Origin: Prevotella sp. UBA5379 | Lineage (GTDB): Bacteria > Bacteroidota > Bacteroidia > Bacteroidales > Bacteroidaceae | Direction: 5' to 3' | NCBI GenBank assembly: GCA_002409785.1 | Contig: DHOX01000092.1 | Coordinates: 39,593-103,592 of the forward strand | DNA length: 64,000 nt | In this document: piece after piece, positions 10,570 through 20,581 of the stretch | Position numbering within the stretch: the stretch's first letter is position 1 | Layout of the letters: every line of letters begins with the position of its first letter | Made by a program: the position numbers and the translations under genes | The notes under the pieces: generated by a model | What the model was told of the DNA's origin: nothing | Database searches by the model: none | Seen by the model: only the letters and a program-made list of their open reading frames with translations

Positions 10570-10631
10570 CCGTTTACCTGTAACAGGAGCATTTCCAGGA
10601 CCTCATTTATAAGTCAGTAAAAAATAAAAAG

Positions 10632-11522
10632 ATGTCAGAAGAGACTAAAAAGGTTATTCATGAGGTTACTCCTCTTATGTCGAAAGATGTACTTTACATT
10701 GCTGACCGCCATAAGAAAGAGTTTACTTATCCTATACATAATCATGATGCCTGTGAATTGAATTTTGTCGAAGGGGCTTCCGGTGTCAGACGTATAGTAG
10801 GGGATTCTCAGGAACTGATCGGCGATTATGATCTCGTGTTGATTACTTCAAGCCAACTTGAGCATGTGTGGGAACAATACCATTGCAAGAGCCAGGATAT
10901 ACACGAGATCACGATCCAGTTTGATTTCAGCTATGGAGAGGATACCCTTTTCGGCCGTAACCCTTTAGCTCCGATAGCCCGTATGCTGAATGAGGCGCGG
11001 AAGGGAATCAGTTTCCCTTTGAAAGCGATCATGAAAGTGTACCCTATGCTTACGGGACTCAGCCAGATCAGGGATGGTTTTTACGCGGTCCGGGAGTTTT
11101 TTACAATACTCTATGAATTGTCGAAGACAGAAGGCGCAAAGACCTTAGCTACAACTAGTTATGCTAAGGTGATGGTAGAGGATGATTCCCGCAGGGTACT
11201 GAAAGTGAAAGATTATATCTCAAATAATTATATGGACGATCTCCGTCTTCCGATGCTGGCAGATATAGCCGGGATGAGCCCTAGTGCTTTCAGCAGATTT
11301 TTCAAGCTCCATACGGGTCGTAACCTGAGCGAATACATCATAGATATGAGACTGGGGTATGCCACTCGTCAGTTGCTGGATACCACAAAAAGCATCAGTG
11401 AGATTAGCTTTGACTGTGGATTCAATAATCTTAGTAATTTTAATCGGATATTCAAGCGCAAGAAAGGTTGCTCTCCCAGTGAGTTCAGAGCCTATTACCA
11501 CAAGACCAGAATTATTGTGTAG
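10632..11522 (+). CDS. AraC family transcriptional regulator (cupin + HTH)
   Basis: YPIHNH cupin motif; FSRFFK and CGFNNLSNFNRIFK...SPSEFR AraC signature. Confidence 0.9.
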   Translation: MSEETKKVIHEVTPLMSKDVLYIADRHKKEFTYPIHNHDACELNFVEGASGVRRIVGDSQELIGDYDLVLITSSQLEHVWEQYHCKSQDIHEITIQFDFSYGEDTLFGRNPLAPIARMLNEARKGISFPLKAIMKVYPMLTGLSQIRDGFYAVREFFTILYELSKTEGAKTLATTSYAKVMVEDDSRRVLKVKDYISNNYMDDLRLPMLADIAGMSPSAFSRFFKLHTGRNLSEYIIDMRLGYATRQLLDTTKSISEISFDCGFNNLSNFNRIFKRKKGCSPSEFRAYYHKTRIIV

Positions 11523-11556
11523 GTCTAGACGGTGATCTGAAATTCGAGGAAGGTGA

Positions 11557-12597
11557 TCAGGTTGTAATCTCTCCTGCAATAGAGTGTGACATCATGATTC
11601 TCACCATGTGAGAATCCGTGTACCTGGCCTGCAAATACATAAGTTTGGTGATGGCAGCTTCTGCCGTGCTGTCATAGCCGCTGATCACCCCTGCATGCTG
11701 GAGTTGATACCCCGTATCATAACGGCTCATTTCCACTCTTCCACTGATGCACTGACTCACGTTTACGATCGTCACCCCACGGGAAGAGGCCTCTTTGAGG
11801 AGTCGTAATATCCATTGCATGTGAGGCGCATTTCCACTTCCGAAACTCCGCATGACAATGCCCTTGAGTTGCGGGTGATCCAGGATATGACGCATAATAC
11901 TTTCTTCTATTCCAGGGAACAAACTGAAGACAATGACATTAGTATCCATCTTGAAATGGGGGATCATGGGTTTGGAGAAATCAGGCCGCAGGATATGATG
12001 TCTGTGAAAAGTAAAATTAACTCCTGCCTCGCACAGATGAGGATAATTGAATGAGTCAAAGGCATTAAACCCATCTGCTGCAATCTTCGTAGCCCTGTTA
12101 CCCCGAATGAGTTGCTGGCTGAAATAGATGCATACCTCAGGAACTTCCGGAGTACCGTCAAGACGTCGGGCACTGGCTATCTCGATGCTGGTCAACACAT
12201 TTTCCTTGCCGTCAGTCCGTAACAGTCCCATGGGGAGTTGGCTGCCGGTAAGAATGACCGGCTTGGTCAGGTTTTCCAGCATAAAACTCAATGCTGATGC
12301 TGTATACGCCATGGTATCAGTGCCATGGAGAATGACAAAACCGTCATGGTCGGGATAGTTGGATGAGATGATATGGACGAGTTGCCCCCAGTTCTGCGGA
12401 TTCATATCCGAAGAATCAATAGGAGGAGTAAACTGATAGATATCAATATCGGCATCCACGTCCCTCAGTTCCGGCATAGACTCCCCTAAATGGTTAAAAT
12501 CCAATGGTTCCAGAGCACCCGTCTGGGAGTTTCTGCCCATCCCGATAGTGCCACCTGTATAGATGAGGAGCACTTTGCTTCTTTTCCCGTTATTCAT
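11557..12597 (-). CDS. ansA: L-asparaginase type I (cytoplasmic)
   Basis: IYTGGTIGM, DSS, HGTDTMAY, TGSQ and GSGNAP motifs. Confidence 0.92.
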   Translation of the reverse strand: MNNGKRSKVLLIYTGGTIGMGRNSQTGALEPLDFNHLGESMPELRDVDADIDIYQFTPPIDSSDMNPQNWGQLVHIISSNYPDHDGFVILHGTDTMAYTASALSFMLENLTKPVILTGSQLPMGLLRTDGKENVLTSIEIASARRLDGTPEVPEVCIYFSQQLIRGNRATKIAADGFNAFDSFNYPHLCEAGVNFTFHRHHILRPDFSKPMIPHFKMDTNVIVFSLFPGIEESIMRHILDHPQLKGIVMRSFGSGNAPHMQWILRLLKEASSRGVTIVNVSQCISGRVEMSRYDTGYQLQHAGVISGYDSTAEAAITKLMYLQARYTDSHMVRIMMSHSIAGEITT

Positions 12598-12657
12598 ATC
12601 CGTTACCCTTATCTGACTCAGATCGTTTTCTGTTCATATCATAGCGAAATGCACTCT

Positions 12658-12671
12658 CGCAATCGTTTGCG
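12658..12671. promoter_or_regulatory. LacI-family-type palindromic operator candidate (CGCAATCGTTTGCG)
   Basis: 14-bp palindrome with one mismatched pair and a central CG, between the divergent ansA and uxaC genes. Confidence 0.5.
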
Positions 12672-12684
12672 TTAGTTTGCGTTG

Positions 12685-12732
12685 CAAATATAAAGCAAAA
12701 TTTTCGGAATACAAAGAAATTCACTATATTTG
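12685..12732. promoter_or_regulatory. back-to-back Bacteroidota sigma-A promoters for ansA (-) and uxaC (+)
   Basis: TATATTTG on the minus strand at 12685-12692 with TTTG 19 nt upstream; TATATTTG on the plus strand at 12725-12732. Confidence 0.6.
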
Positions 12733-12770
12733 CATAAGTATCTTGAAACTTAAAAACAAATAACTCTATC

Positions 12771-14168
12771 ATGAAACAATTTATGAGTAAGGACTTCCTT
12801 CTGCAGACGGATATTGCCAAGGATCTTTTTCACAATCATGCGGCTAAGATGCCAATTATTGATTATCACTGTCATTTGATTCCTCAGATGGTTGCAGACG
12901 ACTATCAGTTTAAGAATATTACTGAACTCTGGCTTGGAGGCGATCATTATAAATGGAGGGCAATGCGTACGAATGGCGTACCGGAAAAGTACTGTACCGG
13001 TGATGCTTCTGATTGGGAAAAATTCGAGAAGTGGGCTGAGACCGTTCCTTATACTTTCCGGAACCCCCTGTATCACTGGACTCATCTGGAACTGAAAACG
13101 GCCTTCGGTATCACAAAATTGCTGAGCCCGAAGACGGCACGTGAAATCTACGATGAGTGCAATGAAAAATTAAAGTTGCCTGAGTACAGTGCCAGAGGCC
13201 TGATGCGCCGTTATCATGTGGAATGTGTCTGTACGACAGATGATCCTATAGATGATCTGCGCTATCATAAAAAAACTCGTGAGAGTGGTTTTGAAATCAA
13301 AATGCTGCCAGCCTGGCGACCGGACAAGGCCATGAATATCGAGAAACCGGACTATGCGGAGTATATCAACAAACTCGCGGAGGTAGATGATTCCCATATT
13401 ACCACTTTCCAGGAGATGGTCGATGCTTTGCAGAACCGCCATGATTTCTTTGCTGAGAATGGATGCAAACTGAGCGATCATGGTGTAGAGGAATTTTATG
13501 ATGATCCTTATACGGATTCCCAGATTGAAATCATCTTTGAAAAAGCCATGCGTAAACAGCATCTTTCTGCTGAAGAGATACGGCAGTACAAGCATGCTTT
13601 TCTGAAGATCTGTGCAGAAATGGATGCGGATGCTGATTGGACCCAGCAGTATCATTATGGGGCGATCCGTGACAACAATACTTTGATGTATAAACAACTT
13701 GGCCCGGACACGGGGTTTGATTCTATCGGCGAATTCAATACGGCCAAGGCAATGAGTCATTTCCTGGATGATCTGAATACTGAAGGAAAGCTGACGCGTA
13801 CGATCCTGTATTGCCTGAATCCCGGTGACAATGAGATGGTTGCTACGATGATCGGCAATTTCCAGGGAGGTGAACCCGGCAAGATACAGTTTGGTTCAGG
13901 CTGGTGGTTTAATGATCAACTGGATGGGATGACCAAGCAGATAAATGCTCTTTCTACACTTGGGTTGCTGAGTCGTTTTGTCGGGATGCTGACAGACAGT
14001 CGTTCCTTCCTGAGTTATCCACGTCATGAATATTTCCGTCGCCTGTTGTGTAATATTCTGGGCAATGATGTTGAGAACGGACTGCTGCCTGATGACCGCG
14101 ATGCGCTGGCCAGAATGGTGGAAGATATTTCTTACAATAATGCACGTCGGTATTTTAAATTCTATTAA
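12771..14168 (+). CDS. uxaC: glucuronate/uronate isomerase
   Basis: IIDYHCHL, GDHYKWRAMR, GWWFND, MLTDSRSFLSYPRHEYFRR. Confidence 0.97.
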   Translation: MKQFMSKDFLLQTDIAKDLFHNHAAKMPIIDYHCHLIPQMVADDYQFKNITELWLGGDHYKWRAMRTNGVPEKYCTGDASDWEKFEKWAETVPYTFRNPLYHWTHLELKTAFGITKLLSPKTAREIYDECNEKLKLPEYSARGLMRRYHVECVCTTDDPIDDLRYHKKTRESGFEIKMLPAWRPDKAMNIEKPDYAEYINKLAEVDDSHITTFQEMVDALQNRHDFFAENGCKLSDHGVEEFYDDPYTDSQIEIIFEKAMRKQHLSAEEIRQYKHAFLKICAEMDADADWTQQYHYGAIRDNNTLMYKQLGPDTGFDSIGEFNTAKAMSHFLDDLNTEGKLTRTILYCLNPGDNEMVATMIGNFQGGEPGKIQFGSGWWFNDQLDGMTKQINALSTLGLLSRFVGMLTDSRSFLSYPRHEYFRRLLCNILGNDVENGLLPDDRDALARMVEDISYNNARRYFKFY

Positions 14169-14237
14169 GGGATAGGTTGATTTAGAAATGATTAATAATA
14201 TAATGTTTTTCTGATAACTTTGTCATCAGGAAAGGAT

Positions 14238-14271
14238 AAGGGATGAGCAGAACGGGTTCGTCCCTTTTTTT
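14238..14271 (+). terminator. rho-independent terminator after uxaC
   Basis: AAGGGATGAGC...GTTCGTCCC stem followed by a T7 run. Confidence 0.7.
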
Positions 14272-14595
14272 GATTTCTTTTGTGAGAGGGGAAATCTTTT
14301 ATCGGTGGAAGGGGAGACGGACTGCCGACTGGACCGGAAAGGTCTTTCCTGACGGACACGTATGAAAGACGAATGGTTATACACCTGTTCCGAAGAGATA
14401 TGGCATGAGCCCGGAAGGGATCTTCTGATCCGGTCAGAAAGGGAGTTTGCCTTACTTCTCTGGTAAACATTTGATTAAGCCTTTTTGCCACGTTCAGCAG
14501 ATAGATTTTATTGTATTTTATAGGTTAAAAATTTGCCGTTTTGAAAAATAAGACGTACTTTTGCAAGGATAAAAACGAAAAATTTTGAAGCAAAA

Positions 14596-15408
14596 ATGAA
14601 AAAATGGTTCTGCGCGGTGCTTCTAGGATTGGCTGTGGTGATGACATTAGCCTTAGATGGTTGTTCCAGTTCGAAGGGCGTGGCATATTTCCAAAATGCC
14701 GATTCGGTGAGTTTGGCAGCATCCCGAGTGTTGTATGATGCCAAAATCATGCCCAAAGACCAGTTGACAATTACTGTAAACACGACCGATCCGGAGGCTG
14801 CGGCCCCCTTTAATCTCTCCGTTTCTGCTACGGTAGGAACCAGTGGACAGTTGAATAATGGCGGTGGCAGTAGTTTGCAGGGGTATCTGGTAGATAATGA
14901 CGGTGACATTGATTTCCCGATCGTGGGGAAACTGCATGTGGTTGGGCTGACGAAAACAGAATGTGAGGATATGATCCGGAAGAAGATCCAGCCTTATATG
15001 GCAAAGGCAGAAAATCCGATCGTAACGGTCCGTATGGCCAGTTATCGGGTTACTGTTCTGGGAGAGGTCAAGAATCCCGGGGTCGTCCAGGTGCCGACGG
15101 AAAAGATGAGTGTTCTTGAGGCCATCGCCCAGGCAGGGGATCTGACCATTTATGGTAAGCGTAATAATGTGATGCTGATCAGAGAGGCTGCAGACGGGGA
15201 GAAATCCATCCACCGCTTGAATCTGAATGATGCCAATCTGATCAATTCTCCTTATTATTATCTTCAGCAGAACGACATCCTCTATGTACAGCCAAATGGG
15301 GTACAGGCAAGAAATTCATCCATTGGCAGTTCTACTAACATCTGGTTCTCCCTGGTGGGTATCATCACGTCAGTAGCTTCTCTGCTCGTCAATATTCTTC
15401 GGAATTAA
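14596..15408 (+). CDS. polysaccharide biosynthesis/export lipoprotein (Wza-like)
   Basis: Lipobox LDG-C; YLVDNDGDIDFPIVG, VTVLGEVKNPG, SPYYYLQQNDILYV; C-terminal amphipathic helix. Confidence 0.88.
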   Translation: MKKWFCAVLLGLAVVMTLALDGCSSSKGVAYFQNADSVSLAASRVLYDAKIMPKDQLTITVNTTDPEAAAPFNLSVSATVGTSGQLNNGGGSSLQGYLVDNDGDIDFPIVGKLHVVGLTKTECEDMIRKKIQPYMAKAENPIVTVRMASYRVTVLGEVKNPGVVQVPTEKMSVLEAIAQAGDLTIYGKRNNVMLIREAADGEKSIHRLNLNDANLINSPYYYLQQNDILYVQPNGVQARNSSIGSSTNIWFSLVGIITSVASLLVNILRN

Positions 15409-15454
15409 GTGATGCTTAATGAAATGATATAATCATATTTTCAATCGTTGGTTT

Positions 15455-17362
15455 ATGTGTGGTATTGTAGGTTATTTAGGAAAGAGACAGGCCTATCCGA
15501 TCCTGATAAAAGGATTGAAAAGACTTGAATACCGTGGCTATGATTCTGCTGGAGTAGCCTTGATTAATCCAAAAGGAACCTTAAATGTCTATAAGACAAA
15601 AGGGAAAGTTTCTGATCTGGAAACTCTTTGCCAGGACAAGGATACTTCCGGTTGTATCGGTATAGCCCATACCCGTTGGGCTACCCATGGAGAACCTTCC
15701 ACTGTAAATGCTCATCCCCAACTTTCTGAATCGAAAAATCTTGCCATCATCCATAATGGCATCATTGAGAATTATGCCGAGATCAAGAATAATCTGCTGG
15801 CAAAGGGGATGCATTTTACCAGTGATACCGATACGGAGGTACTTATCAACTTGATTGAATACATCCAGATCACGAAAAAAATAGATCTGTTGACTGCTGT
15901 GCAGATAGCTCTCCGTCAGGTAATCGGAGCCTATGCCATTGCCATAGTAGACAAGCATTGTCCCGATCAGATCATTGCTGCCCGTAAGGCGAGTCCGCTG
16001 GTCGTGGGGATCGGAAAGAACAAAGACGAGTTCTTCCTGGGTTCAGATGCCAGTCCGATAGTTGAATTTACCGATAAGGTCGTGTATCTTAATGATGAGA
16101 ATATTGCCGTCATGAAATTAGGCCAGGACTTGAAGGTTGTTGATATTCATAACCTGAAGCTGAATCCGGAGATACAGACGGTGGATCTTGATTTAGGGCA
16201 GATTGAAAAGGGGGGATTTCCTCATTTTATGTTAAAGGAGATTTTTGAGCAGCCGGAATGTCTCAGAAATTGTATGAGAGGACGTATCGTCAACCGGATC
16301 GTAGAAACGACTGCGGTCAGTGAGGGGAAGAGCGGCCCGACAAAGAAAGAAACGGAAATGGGTATCGTCTTGAGCGCGATCACAGATCATAAGGAGCAAC
16401 TGGTGAATGCAAAACGCATCATCATCGTCGCTTGCGGTACGTCCTGGCATGCAGGACTGATCGGAAAACAACTGCTGGAGGGTTTCTGCCGGATTCCCAC
16501 AGAGGTGGAGTATGCCAGCGAGTTCCGTTACCGTAATCCGGTGGTCACCAAGGACGATGTCGTAATAGCTCTCAGTCAGAGTGGGGAGACCGCAGATACC
16601 CTGGCAGCTATCAAACTCGCAAAGGAGAGGGGAGCTTTTATCTTCGGGATATGTAATGCGGTGGGAAGCAGTATTCCACGTGTTACGGATACAGGTACCT
16701 ATATTCATGTGGGACCGGAGATAGGCGTAGCTTCAACAAAGGCTTTTACTGGTCAGATCACAGTACTCATCATGCTTGCCCTGTCAGTCGGCAGGGAGAA
16801 GGGGACGATTTCTAATGACGACTATCAGAAGGTGATTAAAGAACTTTGGAATATTCCTGGCAAGATCAAGGAGGTCCTGCAGCTTAATAATGAGATAGCT
16901 GACCTTAGCCGGACGTTTACATACGCCACGAATTTCCTGTATCTGGGACGAGGATACAGTTATCCCGTCGCTTTGGAGGGTGCCTTGAAACTGAAAGAAA
17001 TCAGTTATATTCATGCTGAAGGTTATTCTGCCGCAGAGATGAAGCATGGTCCCATTGCCCTGATAGATTCAGATATGCCCGTAGTCGTCATCGCCCCTCA
17101 TGATGCGATGTATGCGAAGATCCTGTCGAATATACAAGAGATAAAGGCGCGTAAGGGCAGAATCATCGCTATTGTTACAAAAGGAGATGAGACGATCTCG
17201 AAGATTGCCGATGAGGTCATCGAATTACCGCCTACCATTGAGTGTCTGGAACCGTTGTTGGCCACGGTGCCCTTACAACTTTTAGCCTATCATATCGCCG
17301 TCTGCAAAGGCAAGAATGTTGATCAGCCCAGAAACCTGGCAAAATCGGTTACGGTGGAATGA
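15455..17362 (+). CDS. glmS: glutamine--fructose-6-phosphate transaminase (isomerizing)
   Basis: MCGIVG, EYRGYDSAG, HTRWATHG, SQSGET, PRNLAKSVTVE. Confidence 0.98.
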   Translation: MCGIVGYLGKRQAYPILIKGLKRLEYRGYDSAGVALINPKGTLNVYKTKGKVSDLETLCQDKDTSGCIGIAHTRWATHGEPSTVNAHPQLSESKNLAIIHNGIIENYAEIKNNLLAKGMHFTSDTDTEVLINLIEYIQITKKIDLLTAVQIALRQVIGAYAIAIVDKHCPDQIIAARKASPLVVGIGKNKDEFFLGSDASPIVEFTDKVVYLNDENIAVMKLGQDLKVVDIHNLKLNPEIQTVDLDLGQIEKGGFPHFMLKEIFEQPECLRNCMRGRIVNRIVETTAVSEGKSGPTKKETEMGIVLSAITDHKEQLVNAKRIIIVACGTSWHAGLIGKQLLEGFCRIPTEVEYASEFRYRNPVVTKDDVVIALSQSGETADTLAAIKLAKERGAFIFGICNAVGSSIPRVTDTGTYIHVGPEIGVASTKAFTGQITVLIMLALSVGREKGTISNDDYQKVIKELWNIPGKIKEVLQLNNEIADLSRTFTYATNFLYLGRGYSYPVALEGALKLKEISYIHAEGYSAAEMKHGPIALIDSDMPVVVIAPHDAMYAKILSNIQEIKARKGRIIAIVTKGDETISKIADEVIELPPTIECLEPLLATVPLQLLAYHIAVCKGKNVDQPRNLAKSVTVE

Positions 17363-17442
17363 CATCAAACAAGGAGTGAAAACAATATCCTGATCATAAA
17401 AGGAGCCTATTAAAGAATTTTTTAAAGGGAGATTACTGGAAG

Positions 17443-19347
17443 ATGGAAAAAGAAATTCATGAAGATTGTGGAGTAGCATTGATTCGGCTGCTTCAACCGT
17501 TGGAATATTATCAGAAAAAATATTCTTCATGGACTTATGGACTGAACAAGCTCTATCTGATGATGGAAAAGCAGCATAACCGCGGACAGGAAGGAGCGGG
17601 GATGGCTTGTGTCAATTTGGATTCCCAGCCCGGACACGAATATATGTTCCGTGAACGGGCGGAAGGCAGCAATGCCATTACGGAAATTTTCAATCGTGTC
17701 ACTCAGAATTTCCACAGCATTCCGCCTGAGTTATTGAGGGATGTGAGTTATGCGAAACAAAATTTACCTTTTGCTGGACAACTTTATATGGGCCACCTTC
17801 GGTATTCAACTACCGGGAAGAGTGGCCTTTCTTATGTCCATCCTTTTTTAAGACGAAATAACTGGAAAGCAAAGAATCTCTGTATCTGCGGAAATTTTAA
17901 TATGACCAACGTAGATGAGATCTTCAAGAAGATAACCGATCAGGGACAATGTCCCCGTATTTATAGTGATACCTATATCTTGCTAGAGCTCATGGGTCAC
18001 CGTCTGGACCGGGAAGTGGAACGCAATTTTGTCAATGCGAAAGCTGAAGGGCTGACCAATCAGGACATTACCCGCTATATTGAGGATCATATAGAGATGA
18101 GCAACGTCCTTAAAAGTTCTATGAAGGATTTTGATGGCGGTTTCGTCATCTGCGGGCTGACAGGTTCCGGAGAAATGTTTTCGATGCGTGATCCCTGGGG
18201 AATCCGCCCGGCTTTCTACTATAAGAATGATGAAATAGTCGTCTTGGCTTCCGAGCGTCCTGTCTTACAGACCACCTTTGACCTGGAGTGTGAGGATATT
18301 AAGGAACTCCGCCCGGGGGAGGCTTTAATCGTCAATAAAAATGGGCATTGTAACCTGAAACAGATCCTTGATCCCCAGGGTGATCATGCCTGCTCCTTTG
18401 AACGTATCTATTTCAGTCGTGGTTCAGACCAGGACATCTATAAAGAACGTAAACAACTTGGGGAGCAATTGGTCGGTCCGATTACCAAGGCCGTCAATGG
18501 CGATGTAGACCATACCGTGTTCGGCTATATTCCCAACACGGCTGAGGTAGCCTATTACGGTATGCTGGATGGCTTCAAACGCTATCTGAATGAAAGGAAG
18601 ATCAGCCAGATAGAAAGTCTTGGGCATGTCCCTACCCATGACGAACTGGTAAGGATATTGGATAATTATGTGAGGTCGGAGAAAGTAGCATGGAAAGACA
18701 TCAAGTTGCGTACTTTCATCACGGAAGGCAATACACGGAAAGACCTGGCCAGCCACGTCTATGACATTACCTACGGGAGTTTGACACCATACGAGGACAA
18801 CCTGGTCATTATCGATGACAGCATTGTCCGGGGAACCACTTTAAAGGAAAGTATCCTAAGAATCCTCGAACGGCTGCATCCTAAAAAGATCGTTGTAGTC
18901 TCCAGTGCACCTCAGATTCGTTATCCCGACTATTATGGCATTGACATGCCGAGACTGGAAGAGTTTTCTGCCTTCCGGGCCACCATCCAGTTGATTAAGC
19001 ATAAAGGGAGGGAGCAACTGATAGAAGATACCTATGAATCCTGCAAGAGAGAGCTCCTTAAGCCAAAAGTTGAAATGCGTAATGTCGTACGTGATCTCTA
19101 TGAGCCTTTCAGTGTAGATGAGATCAATGATGAAATGGTGGAGATGCTCAGGCCGGAAGGGATGAAAACACCTATCGAAATTGTTTATCAGAGCATGGAT
19201 GGCTTGCATAAAGCAATTCCGGATCATAAGGGAGACTGGTATTTCTCCGGCAAATATCCTACACCCGGAGGAACGAAATGCTGTTTACAGGCCTTCATCA
19301 GTTATGTGGAAAATTCACGGGGCAAACAACTGGAAAAGAAGGGTTGA
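17443..19347 (+). CDS. purF: amidophosphoribosyltransferase (long Bacteroidota type)
   Basis: Short propeptide then CGVA; NRGQEGAG, GHLRYST, IIDDSIVRGTT PRT motif, YGIDM. Confidence 0.85.
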   Translation: MEKEIHEDCGVALIRLLQPLEYYQKKYSSWTYGLNKLYLMMEKQHNRGQEGAGMACVNLDSQPGHEYMFRERAEGSNAITEIFNRVTQNFHSIPPELLRDVSYAKQNLPFAGQLYMGHLRYSTTGKSGLSYVHPFLRRNNWKAKNLCICGNFNMTNVDEIFKKITDQGQCPRIYSDTYILLELMGHRLDREVERNFVNAKAEGLTNQDITRYIEDHIEMSNVLKSSMKDFDGGFVICGLTGSGEMFSMRDPWGIRPAFYYKNDEIVVLASERPVLQTTFDLECEDIKELRPGEALIVNKNGHCNLKQILDPQGDHACSFERIYFSRGSDQDIYKERKQLGEQLVGPITKAVNGDVDHTVFGYIPNTAEVAYYGMLDGFKRYLNERKISQIESLGHVPTHDELVRILDNYVRSEKVAWKDIKLRTFITEGNTRKDLASHVYDITYGSLTPYEDNLVIIDDSIVRGTTLKESILRILERLHPKKIVVVSSAPQIRYPDYYGIDMPRLEEFSAFRATIQLIKHKGREQLIEDTYESCKRELLKPKVEMRNVVRDLYEPFSVDEINDEMVEMLRPEGMKTPIEIVYQSMDGLHKAIPDHKGDWYFSGKYPTPGGTKCCLQAFISYVENSRGKQLEKKG

Positions 19348-19463
19348 TGCTCTTAAAAGAAAAAGAGGGAGCGGATAATGACCCTTCTGCTGATCAGCAA
19401 GAGCCAGGGCCCTGCCCCTCAAAGTTAAAAATAAATCATGAGTCTTAGCAATAGTTTATATAA

Positions 19464-20570
19464 ATGAAGAACGTAACATTAGTCTTGTCAGATGGTACCA
19501 AATTCCACGGAAAGAGTTTCGGATACGATGCTCCTGTAGCAGGTGAAGTCGTGTTCAATACCGCAATGATGGGGTATCCGGAGAGCCTTACCGACCCTTC
19601 TTATGCCGGTCAGATGCTGGTGATGACCTTTCCGTTAGTCGGAAATTATGGCGTGCCCCCTTTCACTTTTGAAAAGAATGGCCTGCCTACTTTTATGGAG
19701 GGCAGTAAAATTTATGTTTCTGCATTGATCGTAAGCGATTACAGTGAACAATACAGTCACTGGAATGCCGTGGAGAGTCTTGCAGATTGGTTGAAGCGTG
19801 AGCATGTGCCGGGCATTACCGGTATTGATACACGTGAATTGACAAAGATATTACGGTCTCATGGAGTGATGATGGGCAAGATCCTCTTTGATGATGAACC
19901 GGATCGTATTCCCGAAGCCAATTATGAGGGAGTAAACTTTGTCGATCAGGTGAGCACGAAAAAGATTGTCACCTATAATGAAGGGGCTGGGAAGAAGGTT
20001 GTGCTTGTCGATTGCGGCGTCAAGGCAAATATTATCCGTTGCCTGATAGATCGTGGCCTGGAAGTGATCCGTGTGCCCTGGAATTATGATTATACGAATA
20101 TGGATTTTGATGGCCTTTTCCTGGCAAATGGCCCGGGTGATCCTGATACGTGCAGTGCTGCCGTTGAGATTATCCGCAAGCAGATGAGCCAGAGCCGCAA
20201 ACCGATCTGTGGTATCTGCATGGGGAACCAATTGCTGGGGAAAGCTGCTGGAGCTACCATTTATAAGTTGAAGTATGGACACCGTGGACATAACCAGCCG
20301 GTCCGTCTTGTGGGAACAACCCACTGTTATATCACGAGCCAGAATCACGGTTTTGCAGTTGATGCAAAGACCCTTGGAAGTGAATGGAAACAACTTTTTG
20401 TCAATATGAACGATGGATCCAATGAGGGTATCCGTCACCAGACCAATCCGTGGTTTACCTCTCAATTTCATCCGGAAGCAGATTCCGGACCACTGGACAC
20501 AAGATTCATGTTTGATCAGTTTGTGGAATGCCTGAATGGAAAGGTCCCGTCATTATTGAACACTAAATAA
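19464..20570 (+). CDS. carA: carbamoyl-phosphate synthase small subunit
   Basis: GEVVFNT, NGPGDP, GICMGNQ, SQNHGF, QFHPE. Confidence 0.97.
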   Translation: MKNVTLVLSDGTKFHGKSFGYDAPVAGEVVFNTAMMGYPESLTDPSYAGQMLVMTFPLVGNYGVPPFTFEKNGLPTFMEGSKIYVSALIVSDYSEQYSHWNAVESLADWLKREHVPGITGIDTRELTKILRSHGVMMGKILFDDEPDRIPEANYEGVNFVDQVSTKKIVTYNEGAGKKVVLVDCGVKANIIRCLIDRGLEVIRVPWNYDYTNMDFDGLFLANGPGDPDTCSAAVEIIRKQMSQSRKPICGICMGNQLLGKAAGATIYKLKYGHRGHNQPVRLVGTTHCYITSQNHGFAVDAKTLGSEWKQLFVNMNDGSNEGIRHQTNPWFTSQFHPEADSGPLDTRFMFDQFVECLNGKVPSLLNTK

Positions 20571-20581
20571 AGGAGAAGACG

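Noticed and set aside
14342..14370. Hammerhead-like CTGACGG...GAAA segment
   Set aside because: The core is CUGACGG rather than CUGAnGA, and no stem II or cleavage triplet can be built.
16290..16365. Roughly 20-aa extra segment in GlmS (VETTAVSEGKSGPTKKETE)
   Set aside because: It looks like a surface-loop insertion, with no intein or mobile-element hallmarks.
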